Assembly: GCA_963748015.1 (NCBI GenBank)
Contig: CAVVHE010000006.1
Coordinates: forward strand, 160,001 to 224,000
Direction of reading: 5' to 3'
DNA: 64,000 nt
From: Terriglobia bacterium
GTDB taxonomy: Bacteria; Acidobacteriota; Polarisedimenticolia; Polarisedimenticolales; JAIQFR01
Shown: piece after piece, positions 50,702 through 60,110 of the stretch
How the letters are laid out: every line of letters begins with the position of its first letter
Position numbering within the stretch: the stretch's first letter is position 1
Notes under the pieces: generated by a model
Databases searched by the model: none
The model's input: the letters and a program-made list of their open reading frames with translations, nothing else
What the model was told of the DNA's origin: nothing
Program-made: the position numbers and the translations under genes

Positions 50702-51685
50702 ATGCGGCTTCGAGATCGTCAAGGGCTTACGCGGGCCGCGGGAGTCCTGCTGCTCGCGTGGTGCCTGACCGCGGCGCTCGAGCCGTCGGTGCTCGGTGCC
50801 GGCGGGTCGGCGTGCGCTCGGTACTCCGTGCGCGGTGTCGTTCCCGGCATGACGCTCGCCGAGGTCCGGAAACGGCTGGGTGCGGGCGAGGCCACGGAGG
50901 TCGTCCGCGGGCCCGCCGGTCCCCAGAGCGGGGTGACCTACTCCAGGGACAACCTCGTCGTCTACGTCCTTTTCGACCTCGACATCTCGAAGAGCGCCGA
51001 TGCCGAGGTCGTCCTGGTGCGCGCGCGCCCCCGGGCGGGCGTCGCCGACCCGGTCGCGTTCGTCCGCTCGATCGTCCCCGATCTCGCCGAGCCGGCCCTG
51101 GGCCAGGAGCACCTCTCGGACGGTTTCACGCACGGCGCGACGGTCTGGGACGACGAGAGCTGCGGCGTCGAGGTCTCGGCGTATCGCGGACAGGCCGAGT
51201 GGTGGCAGCCGGGGAACGGAACCTTGTTCCTGCAGATCGCTTCGATCCGCTTCGCGGACGCGGAGGCCTCCAGGATGTCGGAGAGCTTCGCCCCGCTGGC
51301 CGTCGCCGGCGCGGCCTCGGCGCCGCAGTCGAAGCCTCCCGATGAGCTCAAGATGTCCCCCGAGGCCTCCGCGATGCCGCCCAACGCCGCGCCCGTCCCG
51401 GCCCCGGCGGATGTCCCGGAGCCGGTGCTGATTCCCGCGTCGTATGTCCCGCCCCGCTACCCGGACCTCGCCCGGAGAATGAACTTCCGGGGGAACGTCT
51501 CGCTGAGGGTCCAGGTGAAGAGCGACGGGACCGTCGGAGAGGTCGGCGTGCTCGAGGCGTCGCAGACGGGGATGGGTTTCGAGCAAGCCGCGATGGACGC
51601 CGTCAAGAAGTGGCGATACCAGCCGGCCACGAGAGGCGGCAAGCCCGAGGACGCGACCCTCACCGTCCGGCTGGTGTTCGAGTAG
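50702..51685 (+). CDS. TonB C-terminal domain protein (energy transducer TonB family)
   Basis: Pro-rich linker, PRYPDLARR..GNV.LRVQV..DGTV, FEQAAMDAVKKWRYQPA. Confidence 0.82.
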   Translation: MRLRDRQGLTRAAGVLLLAWCLTAALEPSVLGAGGSACARYSVRGVVPGMTLAEVRKRLGAGEATEVVRGPAGPQSGVTYSRDNLVVYVLFDLDISKSADAEVVLVRARPRAGVADPVAFVRSIVPDLAEPALGQEHLSDGFTHGATVWDDESCGVEVSAYRGQAEWWQPGNGTLFLQIASIRFADAEASRMSESFAPLAVAGAASAPQSKPPDELKMSPEASAMPPNAAPVPAPADVPEPVLIPASYVPPRYPDLARRMNFRGNVSLRVQVKSDGTVGEVGVLEASQTGMGFEQAAMDAVKKWRYQPATRGGKPEDATLTVRLVFE

Positions 51686-51803
51686 ACGCCGCCCCTCCCC
51701 GTGTCGTGCTTACACGGTGGTTCTTTCCTCGAGTCGATGCGGGGCGGGCCGGCGTGAACCCTAGGAAGGCCGTGGATGCCGCCCGAGTGCGGCCCGTCGC
51801 GGC

Positions 51804-51819
51804 CGGTACGTTTCTTGCT
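51804..51819 (+). promoter_or_regulatory. Putative sigma54 promoter of bactofilin
   Basis: CGGTACGTTTCTTGCT is GG-N10-GC, close to consensus TGGCACG-N4-TTGCW; 78 bp before the ATG. Confidence 0.6.
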
Positions 51820-51896
51820 GCGGTTTCCCGGGGGGGCGACGGCGCAAGTCCGCCCCAAGGCGTCACGCGAAGCGGCAAGAGGGGAGGCGAAGTCCT

Positions 51897-52391
51897 ATGT
51901 CCTGGATCGCCCAGAACACGAACACCGAACCCGAGCGTCCCGCTCCGGCGGCGGCCCCCGCGCCGCACTCGGCCGCGGCTCCGCTCGCGAATCCCCGCGG
52001 GGAGAGACCGGAGATGACCCAGATGGCGAACATCGGCAAATCGCTCCAGATCAAGGGCGAACTGAGCGGCAACGAGGATCTCACGATCGATGGGGCGGTG
52101 GAGGGGAAGATCCTCCTGAACGGTCACAACCTGGCGATCGGGCAGAGCGGCCGCGTCGTCGCCGAGGTGGGCGCCAAGACCGTCGTCGTGGGGGGCGATC
52201 TCAAGGGGAACATCACCGCCGAGGACAAGGTGGAGGTGTCGGCGACCGGGAGCATGAAGGGCGATATCCGCGCCCCCCGAGTCGTCCTGGCGGACGGCGC
52301 CCGCTTCAAGGGCAGCATCGACATGGGAGGCGAGGGCGCGGCGGCCCCGCGGCCCGCGGCCGCGGCGGCAGGGAAACCCCCTTCGGCCTAG
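51897..52391 (+). CDS. Bactofilin (polymer-forming cytoskeletal protein)
   Basis: IGKSLQIKGELSGNEDLTIDGAVEGKI, GDIRAPRVVLADGARFKGSIDM. Confidence 0.93.
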   Translation: MSWIAQNTNTEPERPAPAAAPAPHSAAAPLANPRGERPEMTQMANIGKSLQIKGELSGNEDLTIDGAVEGKILLNGHNLAIGQSGRVVAEVGAKTVVVGGDLKGNITAEDKVEVSATGSMKGDIRAPRVVLADGARFKGSIDMGGEGAAAPRPAAAAAGKPPSA

Positions 52392-52451
52392 CCGTCCATC
52401 CTGGCCATTCGCGGCCTTGACGCGGCAAGCGCGTGCCCCGAAACTAGGGTC

Positions 52452-53834
52452 GTGCCTCCGAAGCCCGCCTGCCGGCGATCTTCGCTGATCGGTCTCGGCC
52501 CGCTCGTCGCGGTGATGTATTTCACCGTCTCCGGCGGGCCCTACGGGCTCGAAGGGCTCGTCGGCGCGGTCGGGCCGGGCGTGGCCCTGCTGCTCCTCGT
52601 CGTCACGCCGATTCTCTACAGCCTGCCCGAGGCGCTTCTCGTCGGCGAACTGGCGTCCATGCTCCCCGCCGAAGGCGGGTACTACGTCTGGGTCCGCAGG
52701 GCGTTCGGTCGCTTCTGGGGCTTTTGGAACGGCTGGCTGTCGTGGATCTACTCGCTCCTCGACATGGCGATCTATCCCGTCCTGCTCATCCAGTACCTGC
52801 GCTTCTTCTTCCCCGACCTCACGACGATCGGCGCGTGGATGGTGGCGCTCGCGATGATCTGGGGAGCGACGTGGCTCAATCTCCGGGGAACGCGCGCCGT
52901 GGGGTTCGCTTCGGGCTGGCTGGCGGTCGCGGTGCTCGCGCCGTTCGCCGTGCTCACGGCGGTCGCGCTCACGCGGTGGCTCGGCGGCTCGACGGCGGCG
53001 ACGCTTCCGGTGACGCCCTTTCACGCCGCGGGGACGTCGTTCCTCGGCGCCCTCGGGATCGGCCTGTCGCAGTCGATCTGGAATTACAGCGGGTGGGACA
53101 ACGCCTCGACGATCGGCGGCGAGATCGACCGCCCCTCGTCGAACTACCCTCGCGCGCTGGCGCTCGCCCTCCCGCTCACGACCGGCATCTACCTGCTGGC
53201 GATCGTGCCGGTGCTCGCCGTGACCGGATGGGAGGCCTGGACCGACGGCGCGTGGCCCGCCCTCGCCAGCGCGCTCGCCGGGGGATGGCTGGGGACGTGG
53301 ATCGCGCTGGCGGGGATGGCGAGCGCGTTCGCCCTGTTCAACGCCCTCCTGCTCGTCTACTCGCGCGTCCCGCTGGTGCTGGCGCAGGACGGCCTGCTTC
53401 CCGAGATCCTCACCCGCACCGACGAGAGGGGCACGCCGCGGAACGCCGTCCTCGTCTCGGCCGCGGCTTACTCGGTCTTCGCCCTCGTGCCATTCGGCGG
53501 ACTGCTCGCGGGAGACGTGCTCCTCTACACCGCCGCCCTGTCCCTCGAGTTCGCGGCGCTCCTCAAGCTGCGCCGCTCGGAACCCGGCCTGCGCGGCGAT
53601 TTCCGGGTCCCCCTGGGCGTCCCGGCGCTCGCGGCGCTCGCGGCCCTTCCCGTCCTCCTGATCGTCGCGACCGTGCTCCTCGAGATCAGGAGCCGCGACA
53701 TCGGCTTGCCCGCCGTTCTCGGGTCGCTCGCCCTGGCCGCCGTCGGGCCCCTCGCGTACGCGCTGGCGCCGCCGCGCGCACCGGCGCTCGACGCGCTGCC
53801 GGAAGAGCAACCACCCCGGGGACCGGAGGCCTGA
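52452..53834 (+). CDS. APC-family amino acid/polyamine permease
   Basis: YFTVSGGPYGLE, ELASMLP.EGGYYVWV, WNYSGWD, about 12 TM helices. Confidence 0.9.
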   Translation: MPPKPACRRSSLIGLGPLVAVMYFTVSGGPYGLEGLVGAVGPGVALLLLVVTPILYSLPEALLVGELASMLPAEGGYYVWVRRAFGRFWGFWNGWLSWIYSLLDMAIYPVLLIQYLRFFFPDLTTIGAWMVALAMIWGATWLNLRGTRAVGFASGWLAVAVLAPFAVLTAVALTRWLGGSTAATLPVTPFHAAGTSFLGALGIGLSQSIWNYSGWDNASTIGGEIDRPSSNYPRALALALPLTTGIYLLAIVPVLAVTGWEAWTDGAWPALASALAGGWLGTWIALAGMASAFALFNALLLVYSRVPLVLAQDGLLPEILTRTDERGTPRNAVLVSAAAYSVFALVPFGGLLAGDVLLYTAALSLEFAALLKLRRSEPGLRGDFRVPLGVPALAALAALPVLLIVATVLLEIRSRDIGLPAVLGSLALAAVGPLAYALAPPRAPALDALPEEQPPRGPEA

Positions 53835-53836
53835 CC

Positions 53837-54757
53837 TCAGGCGGGCCCGTAGCGGGACAAGGCGACCGTCACGTTGTCGGGGGCGCCGCGCCCGAGCGCG
53901 ATCTCGACGAGGGAGCGGCACGCCGCCTCGGCGGACGTCGGCTCGGCGAGAATCGCCGCGATCTCTTCGTCGGCCGCCACGCCGTGGAGGCCGTCCGTGC
54001 ACAGCAGCACGGAGTCTCCCTCGGCGAGCTGGATTCGATGCACGTCGACGTCCGTGAGGGGCGCCCCCCCGCCGAGGACGTTCGTGAGCACGTTCCGGAG
54101 CCGGTGGGTCGCCGCTTCCTCGCGGGTCAGCAAGCCGGCCTCCACGAGCTTCTGCACCCGCGTGTGATCGCGCGTGAGTTGCCGCAGCGTTCCTTCCCGG
54201 AACAGGTAGGCGCGGGAGTCCCCTACGTGGGCCAGGAAGAGATCGAGGCCGATGCTGTACGTCAGGGTCAGGGTCGTTCCCATCCCGAAGAGGGAAGGGT
54301 CGATGCGCGAGCGCTCCGCGAGGAGCGAATCGAGGCTCCGGTACCGGCTGACGTTGCGCTCCTGGATCTTCTGCGCGCTCTGATCGTCCACCTTCAGGAC
54401 CCAGTCGGGGGTATCGAACAGGAGGTGGAAGAAGACGATGAGCACCGTCCGGCTCGCGATCTCGCCCCCGGCGTGGCCGCCCATCCCGTCGGCGACGGCC
54501 GCGACGTACCCCGCCTCCTCGAGGCGACCCGGGATCTCGCCGGCCGGCAGGCTCGTCGCGATCATCTGCGAGAATCGCCCCAGGCGTCCGAGGTAGAAGT
54601 GATCCTGGTTCTCCGAGCGCACCTTGCCGCGATCGGACAGCCCGAAGGAATCCACCCGGACCGCCACCGCCGGATTGCTGGGCGGCCCCGCCCTGTGGCC
54701 CAGCGCCGTCGCGCGCAGGGCCGGGGGCAAGGTGTCTCGATCGGTCGACTCCGGCAT
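53837..54757 (-). CDS. PP2C-family Ser/Thr protein phosphatase (Stp1/PrpC-like)
   Basis: RSENQD, VADGMGGHAGGE, GMGTT, HVGDSRAY, LCTDGL, DNVT. Confidence 0.93.
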   Translation of the reverse strand: MPESTDRDTLPPALRATALGHRAGPPSNPAVAVRVDSFGLSDRGKVRSENQDHFYLGRLGRFSQMIATSLPAGEIPGRLEEAGYVAAVADGMGGHAGGEIASRTVLIVFFHLLFDTPDWVLKVDDQSAQKIQERNVSRYRSLDSLLAERSRIDPSLFGMGTTLTLTYSIGLDLFLAHVGDSRAYLFREGTLRQLTRDHTRVQKLVEAGLLTREEAATHRLRNVLTNVLGGGAPLTDVDVHRIQLAEGDSVLLCTDGLHGVAADEEIAAILAEPTSAEAACRSLVEIALGRGAPDNVTVALSRYGPA

Positions 54758-54857
54758 GTCCCAAGGTTACCACGGGGGGGCCCTGCCCGGTGAGGGCGAG
54801 GCGGCCGGTCGGCCGGGCTTCCTTTCCCGCGCGGGCGGCACCCTTTATACTGGTCGG

Positions 54858-57578
54858 ATGGCGAACTCGATTGCTCCAGGTGCACGTCTCGGGACGTACG
54901 AGATCTTAGAGAAGATCGGCGCCGGCGGGATGGGGGAGGTGTGGCGGGCCCGGGACACCTCGCTCGACCGCGAGGTCGCGCTCAAGTTCCTGCCGCCGGG
55001 GCTCGCGGCCGACCCGGACAGGCTCCAGCGCTTCGAGCGCGAGGCCAAGGTCCTGGCCTCGCTGAACCACCCGAACATCGCGGCGATCTTCGGGCTCCAC
55101 GAGATCGGCCCTTCGACCCTTTCGACGAGCTCAGGGCAAGCAGGCTCAGGGCAGGCGGTGCGCTTCCTCGCGATGGAGTACGTGCCGGGCGAGGACCTCG
55201 CGCAGCGCATCGCGCGCGGACCGCTCCCGGTGGACGAGGCCCTCGAGGTCGCCCGCAGGATCGCCGAGGCGATGGAGGCCGCCCACGACCAGGGGATCGT
55301 GCACCGCGACCTCAAGCCCGCGAACGTGAAGCTGATGCCGGACGGGGGGGTCAAGGTCCTCGACTTCGGCCTCGCGAAGGCGCTCGATCCGCTCGCGTCG
55401 GCTGGCGCCGCCCCCTCCGATCCCACGAGGTCGCCGACGGTCACGTCGCTCGGGACGCTCGTCGGCGTCGTGCTCGGCACCGCGGCGTACATGAGCCCCG
55501 AGCAGGCGAAGGGCAAGCCGGTGGACCGCAGGACCGACATCTGGGCCTTCGGCTGCATCCTCCACGAGATGCTCACCGGCCGGTTCCTCTTCCAGGGGGA
55601 GACGATCTCGGAGGTCCTGGCGGCGGTCATCATGGCGCCGATCGCGCTGGACGACTTGCCGCCGTCGCTGCCCCCGCGGGTGCGCCACCTCGTGCGCCGT
55701 TGCCTCGAGAGGGACACGCGCCGGCGCCTGCGGGACATCGGGGAAGCCCGCCTCCTTCTCGAGGACGTGCTGTCGGGCGCGCCCGAGCAGGCCGGCTCGC
55801 AACCCGTGGCGCCGGCTCCCGCGGCGCCGCCGCGCGCGCCGTGGCTCTTCCCCGCTGCGATCGTCGCTGTCGCGGCGGTCGCGGCGCTCGCGACCGTGGG
55901 CGCTACCCGGTTCTTGAGCCCCACCGCCGCCAAGCCCGAGCTGCGGCGCTTCGAGATCGCGGCCCACGGGCCGTTCAAGTCGGGGAGCGGGAGCCGACTC
56001 ATCGCGATCTCTCCCGACGGGAGGACGATCGCCTACGGCGAGGCGGGCAAGCTGTTCGTCCGGCGGCTGTCCCGAATCGAGCCGACCGCGATCGCCACCG
56101 CGGGGGAGCCGCAGGTGCTCTTCTGGTCCCCCGACAGCGCGTACCTCGGTTACGTGGCGGGAGGAAAGATCTGGAAGGTCCCGGGCGCCGGTGGCGAGAG
56201 CACGTTGATCTCCGACGTACGGCACCAGATGACCGGGGGCAGCAGCGCCACTTGGTGCCCGGACGGGAAGATCGTGCTGGGAACGGGGGACGGCCCCCTG
56301 CTTCGCGTCCCCTCGCACGGCGGCGACCTCGAGGAGTTCATCCCGCTCGAGGCGGGCAAGGAGGCCGACATCCACGACGCGAGCTGCCTTCCCGACGGGA
56401 GCCTGCTGTTCGTGCCCCACCTGACCGGCGGCCGCCCGAGCGTCCTCGCGATCTTCGCCGACGGACGTCGGAAGGACCTCTTCAAGCTGCCTCCGGACCA
56501 GACGCTCGCGTTCCCTGTGTATTCCCGGTACGGCCACATCCTCTTCCGGCGCCAGCCCGCGAACGCCGGGGTCTGGGCGCTGCCGTTCTCCCTCTCGCGG
56601 CACGAGGTCACGGGCGAGCCGTTCATGGTCGCCCCGGATGGCGACGCACCGAGCGTCTCCGACGACGGCACGCTGGTGCACGTGCGGTCGGGCGGATCGC
56701 GGATGACGCAGCTCGCCTGGGCGGATCGCACCGGCAGGATCCTCGCCCCGATCGGGGCGGCGCAGGAGCAGTGGCCTTTTCCGGAGCTATCCCCCGACGG
56801 CAAGCGCCTCGCCATCGCCGCGAAGGAGAACGACGTCAACGACGTCTGGATTCACGACGTGGAGCGCGGCACCAGAACCCGTCTCGACGTCTCGCGCGTG
56901 GACTACAGCGTCGAGGCCTGGTCGCCCGACGGCCGGACGATCGTCTTCACCGAGGGAACCGCCGCGCCTCTCAAGGCCTTCGTGAAGAACTCGGACGGCA
57001 GCGGAGAGGCGAGGGAGCTGGGCACGGGCTGGGCCGCGTCGTACTCGATGGATGGGCGTTATCTCCTCTATTCGGACTACGACACCAAGACGGCCTGGGA
57101 CATCTGGTACAGGGACTCCAAGGGGGACGGCAAGCCGGTTCTCTTCCTGAAAGAAGGCGCCGAGCAGGTGTGGCCCCGTCTTTCCCCGGACGGGCGATAC
57201 GTCGCCTACGCCTCCGACGAGAGCGGCAAGGACGAGGTCTATGTCAAGCGCTTCCCCGGAGGCGAGGGGAAGTGGCAGGTCTCCTCCGGCGGCGGCAAGT
57301 GGCCGCGCTGGAGCCGCCGCGGCGACCGCCTGTACTACGCCCGGGAGGACACGCTGGTGGAGGTGGACGTGGCGACCGGGAACGACCTGCGACTCGGCGC
57401 GCCCCGGGACCTGTTCAAGCGCAAGCCGCTGGGGTGGAGCCTGATCTTCGGCTGGCCCGCCGGCTTCGACGTGTCGGCCGACGGCCAGCGGTTCGTCGTC
57501 GCCGAGCCGGTCAGCTCCAAGGCGGACCTCGGCGGGATCGTCCTGGTGGAGAGCTGGTACCGCGAGTTCGCGAAGTAA
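54858..57578 (+). CDS. Ser/Thr protein kinase with TM segment and TolB/PD40 beta-propeller (kinase 4)
   Basis: GAGGMGEVW, HRDLKPAN, DFGLAK, YMSPE, SPDG repeats; 16-aa in-frame insert; TATACT lies 6 nt before the ATG. Confidence 0.95.
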   Translation: MANSIAPGARLGTYEILEKIGAGGMGEVWRARDTSLDREVALKFLPPGLAADPDRLQRFEREAKVLASLNHPNIAAIFGLHEIGPSTLSTSSGQAGSGQAVRFLAMEYVPGEDLAQRIARGPLPVDEALEVARRIAEAMEAAHDQGIVHRDLKPANVKLMPDGGVKVLDFGLAKALDPLASAGAAPSDPTRSPTVTSLGTLVGVVLGTAAYMSPEQAKGKPVDRRTDIWAFGCILHEMLTGRFLFQGETISEVLAAVIMAPIALDDLPPSLPPRVRHLVRRCLERDTRRRLRDIGEARLLLEDVLSGAPEQAGSQPVAPAPAAPPRAPWLFPAAIVAVAAVAALATVGATRFLSPTAAKPELRRFEIAAHGPFKSGSGSRLIAISPDGRTIAYGEAGKLFVRRLSRIEPTAIATAGEPQVLFWSPDSAYLGYVAGGKIWKVPGAGGESTLISDVRHQMTGGSSATWCPDGKIVLGTGDGPLLRVPSHGGDLEEFIPLEAGKEADIHDASCLPDGSLLFVPHLTGGRPSVLAIFADGRRKDLFKLPPDQTLAFPVYSRYGHILFRRQPANAGVWALPFSLSRHEVTGEPFMVAPDGDAPSVSDDGTLVHVRSGGSRMTQLAWADRTGRILAPIGAAQEQWPFPELSPDGKRLAIAAKENDVNDVWIHDVERGTRTRLDVSRVDYSVEAWSPDGRTIVFTEGTAAPLKAFVKNSDGSGEARELGTGWAASYSMDGRYLLYSDYDTKTAWDIWYRDSKGDGKPVLFLKEGAEQVWPRLSPDGRYVAYASDESGKDEVYVKRFPGGEGKWQVSSGGGKWPRWSRRGDRLYYAREDTLVEVDVATGNDLRLGAPRDLFKRKPLGWSLIFGWPAGFDVSADGQRFVVAEPVSSKADLGGIVLVESWYREFAK
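55109..55156 (+). repeat. Nested REP-like element (24 bp inside 24 bp), in frame in kinase 4
   Basis: CCCTTCGAC[CCTTTCGACGAGCTCAGGGCAAGC]AGGCTCAGGGCAGGC, encoding PSTLSTSSGQAGSGQA. Confidence 0.85.
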
Positions 57579-57620
57579 GAGCGCCGGCGCGGCTCGGCCG
57601 CCGCGCTCGCGCCCCGAGTC

Positions 57621-57824
57621 TCAGGGCTCGTCCGGCGGTGGCGGCGTGTCGCCCTCGTCGCTGTAGCCGGCGGCATCGGGGTCCGTATCGCCTGGAGTCT
57701 CCGAAGCGTCCTCGGGCTTGCCTGCTCGGGCTTCCGCGCGGCGGGCCCGCTTCAGCTTCTGCCGGTCCTGCCTGGCCAGCTCTTTCTGCCTCTTCTCGAA
57801 CTTCGCTCGGGATTTCTGTGCCAA
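57621..57824 (-). CDS. Small protein with basic N-terminus and acidic tail
   Basis: GGAGG RBS, TTG start, KFEKRQKELARQDRQKLKRARR then D/E/P-rich; fills the intergenic gap. Confidence 0.65.
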   Translation of the reverse strand: MAQKSRAKFEKRQKELARQDRQKLKRARRAEARAGKPEDASETPGDTDPDAAGYSDEGDTPPPPDEP

Positions 57825-57873
57825 GGTTCAGCCCTCCGCTTGGAGCACGTTACCATTCCGGATCGTCGCCGCC

Positions 57874-58782
57874 TCAGGCCTTCTTGATGACGACGAAAGT
57901 GACGTCGTCCTTCGGGGCACCCCAGGCCGCCAGGCTCCCCTCGATCCGCTCCGCGATCTCCCGCGCGGTCAGGTCTCTGGCTTCTCGGAGGCAACGCTCG
58001 AGCTCGCCCGGGAAATACTCGCCGTCGCCGTGGTCGGATAGGCCGTCGGTGTGCAGGACCAGGATGTCTCCCGTTCCGAGCAGGTTGATCTCGTTGACCG
58101 TGTAGCGCTTCTTGTAGTCGAAGAGGCCCCCGCCGCGCGGGGTGTCCAGGTCGCTCGCCGACGGCAGGACGCCGATCGGCTGGTACGAGATCGTCCGGTC
58201 CTCGCTGATCTTCATGATCTTCCCGAACTCGCGGGAGAAGACCACCGGGGCCGGATGCCCGGCGGAGATGAAGCGGAACTGCCCCTCGCTCGAGATCTCG
58301 CCGTACATCGCGGTGAGGTACTTGTTGACGGTCGTGGACTCGTAGAACCGGGCGTTGATGTTCTCGAAGATCCTGGTCGTGATGGTCCCGTGGCGGTCCA
58401 GCTCGTAGTACGAGCCCAGGAGGAACGCCTGGTGCAGCATCGCCACGAGGAGGGCGTCGGTGAGCCGGTGCCCCGCCGCGTCCGCCAGGAGGATACCCGC
58501 GCGCTGCTTGTTGAGCCGGAGCTGCTCGACGACCTCGGCGCGGCCCGCGGCCTCCGCCCACGAGATCCGGGCATCGAGGTCGTACCGCCTCCGGTAGTCG
58601 ATGTAGACGATGTGGTCCCCTCCGACGATGCCGTTCAGGGGAAGGGACCGTCCGTGAATGTCCACGCCCGCGAGCTCCGGGACGGAGCCGGGCTCGGGCC
58701 TGAGGAACTTGGCGATTTCCTGGAAATTCTCCATCTCGTCGACGAGGGCGCTCCACCCTCCTTCGGCCGTCTCTCGAACCAT
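57874..58782 (-). CDS. SpoIIE/RsbU-type PP2C phosphatase without sensor domain
   Basis: VGGDH, LADAAGH, SAGHPAP, LHTDGL, DDVTFVVIK. Confidence 0.85.
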   Translation of the reverse strand: MVRETAEGGWSALVDEMENFQEIAKFLRPEPGSVPELAGVDIHGRSLPLNGIVGGDHIVYIDYRRRYDLDARISWAEAAGRAEVVEQLRLNKQRAGILLADAAGHRLTDALLVAMLHQAFLLGSYYELDRHGTITTRIFENINARFYESTTVNKYLTAMYGEISSEGQFRFISAGHPAPVVFSREFGKIMKISEDRTISYQPIGVLPSASDLDTPRGGGLFDYKKRYTVNEINLLGTGDILVLHTDGLSDHGDGEYFPGELERCLREARDLTAREIAERIEGSLAAWGAPKDDVTFVVIKKA

Positions 58783-58886
58783 GCCTCCGTCACCTCCGGG
58801 CTTTGGCGGGCGATGCCGACATCCGGACGTCGCGCCCGCCTGCCAAGGTATCAGAAGGTCGATGGACGGGGATAGGGAGGCCGGCC

Positions 58887-59837
58887 TCATCGCCGCGACG
58901 CCGGCCGGGGATTCCCGACCCGGCGGCGCTTTCCTCGCGGGCCCGGTTTCGACGGGACGGCTTGGGGCGCATCGGCCTTCGATTCCTCCTCGAAGTGAAT
59001 CGGATCCCTCAGGTTCTGCAGGGCACGGTAGTAGTACAGCTTGTTCGGCCGCCTGTCGCGGAACCGTTGTTGCCCGAGGAGCCGGATCTCCTCTTCCGTA
59101 GCCTGGCCGCGGAGCGGCGGATCCCGAAGGAGCTCGGCGAGGCCGAGCTCGTGGTCCCCTCCGTCGTCCGGCTCGCCCTCGACGAAGCCGAATATCCGGT
59201 GGGGTCTCTCGACGAGCGTGCGGTCGAGGAGGATCTCGAGACGGAACGTCTCGAGATCCACGCTCCAGGACACCACGAGCGGGTCGAGGAAGTTCACGCA
59301 GCTCTGCCGGGAGACGCGAGAGACGTCCGCGTCGAGGAACTCGAGCACCATCACCCGCATCGCGGTCCTGCTGCGCCTGCCCAAGCGCGCGGCCAGCCGG
59401 TTCCAGCTCTCGTCGTCGAGCTCCCGGCGGGCGATGCGCTGGACGGTCTCGAGCATCTTCCGGGCGACGAGCCCCTCGAGCGTCCCGAAAGGACGAGAGT
59501 CGAAGATCCCACGAATCTCGGCCCGCTGCCCGGGGGCGCACTTCCGCAGCAGCAGCTCGCGAAATTCCCCGAAGAGCGGCGCGGCGTTCCGGTGGAGCCT
59601 TCGCTCGAGCTCGAGGGCGCGCTCGACCTCCGCGAGGCGGCCAAGCTCTCCGGGCTCGAGCTCGAGGAAGGCCTCCATCTTCGGGTAGATGTCGGTTCGT
59701 TCGCGCCCGGGCGGCGCCCGCCTGCGCGTGAGCAGCTGCGAAATGTACGAGTCGGTCACCCCGGCGGCCCTCGCGAGATCCTTCTGCCCCCGGCCCAGCT
59801 TCGCCAGGCGGGATCTCACCACGGAAGCGAGATTCAT
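58887..59837 (-). CDS. XRE-type HTH protein with uncharacterised C-terminal region
   Basis: QKDLARAAGVTDSYISQLL helix-turn-helix at the N-terminus; AT-rich upstream region. Confidence 0.8.
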   Translation of the reverse strand: MNLASVVRSRLAKLGRGQKDLARAAGVTDSYISQLLTRRRAPPGRERTDIYPKMEAFLELEPGELGRLAEVERALELERRLHRNAAPLFGEFRELLLRKCAPGQRAEIRGIFDSRPFGTLEGLVARKMLETVQRIARRELDDESWNRLAARLGRRSRTAMRVMVLEFLDADVSRVSRQSCVNFLDPLVVSWSVDLETFRLEILLDRTLVERPHRIFGFVEGEPDDGGDHELGLAELLRDPPLRGQATEEEIRLLGQQRFRDRRPNKLYYYRALQNLRDPIHFEEESKADAPQAVPSKPGPRGKRRRVGNPRPASRR

Positions 59838-60110
59838 GTTCCTGCCCCCGGAATTAACTGAAAACAATTACATTCGGGCCGGTTCTAATCCGCAACGTAG
59901 GACGATCTTAACAAAAAATGGTAAACTGAGCCCGTGTTCGATCCACCGCGGTCGAAACCGGAGAGCGCGGCGGGGTTCCGGGCGCTCCTGACCCTTCACG
60001 CGCTTCCCTCGCGGGACGCGCGCTGCTCGAGTCCCGGACACCGGCCCGGCCGCTTGCCTTGCGGGCGTGGCGAGGTGCTGGTCTTCAAGGCGGGGACGAG
60101 GTTCCATCCC

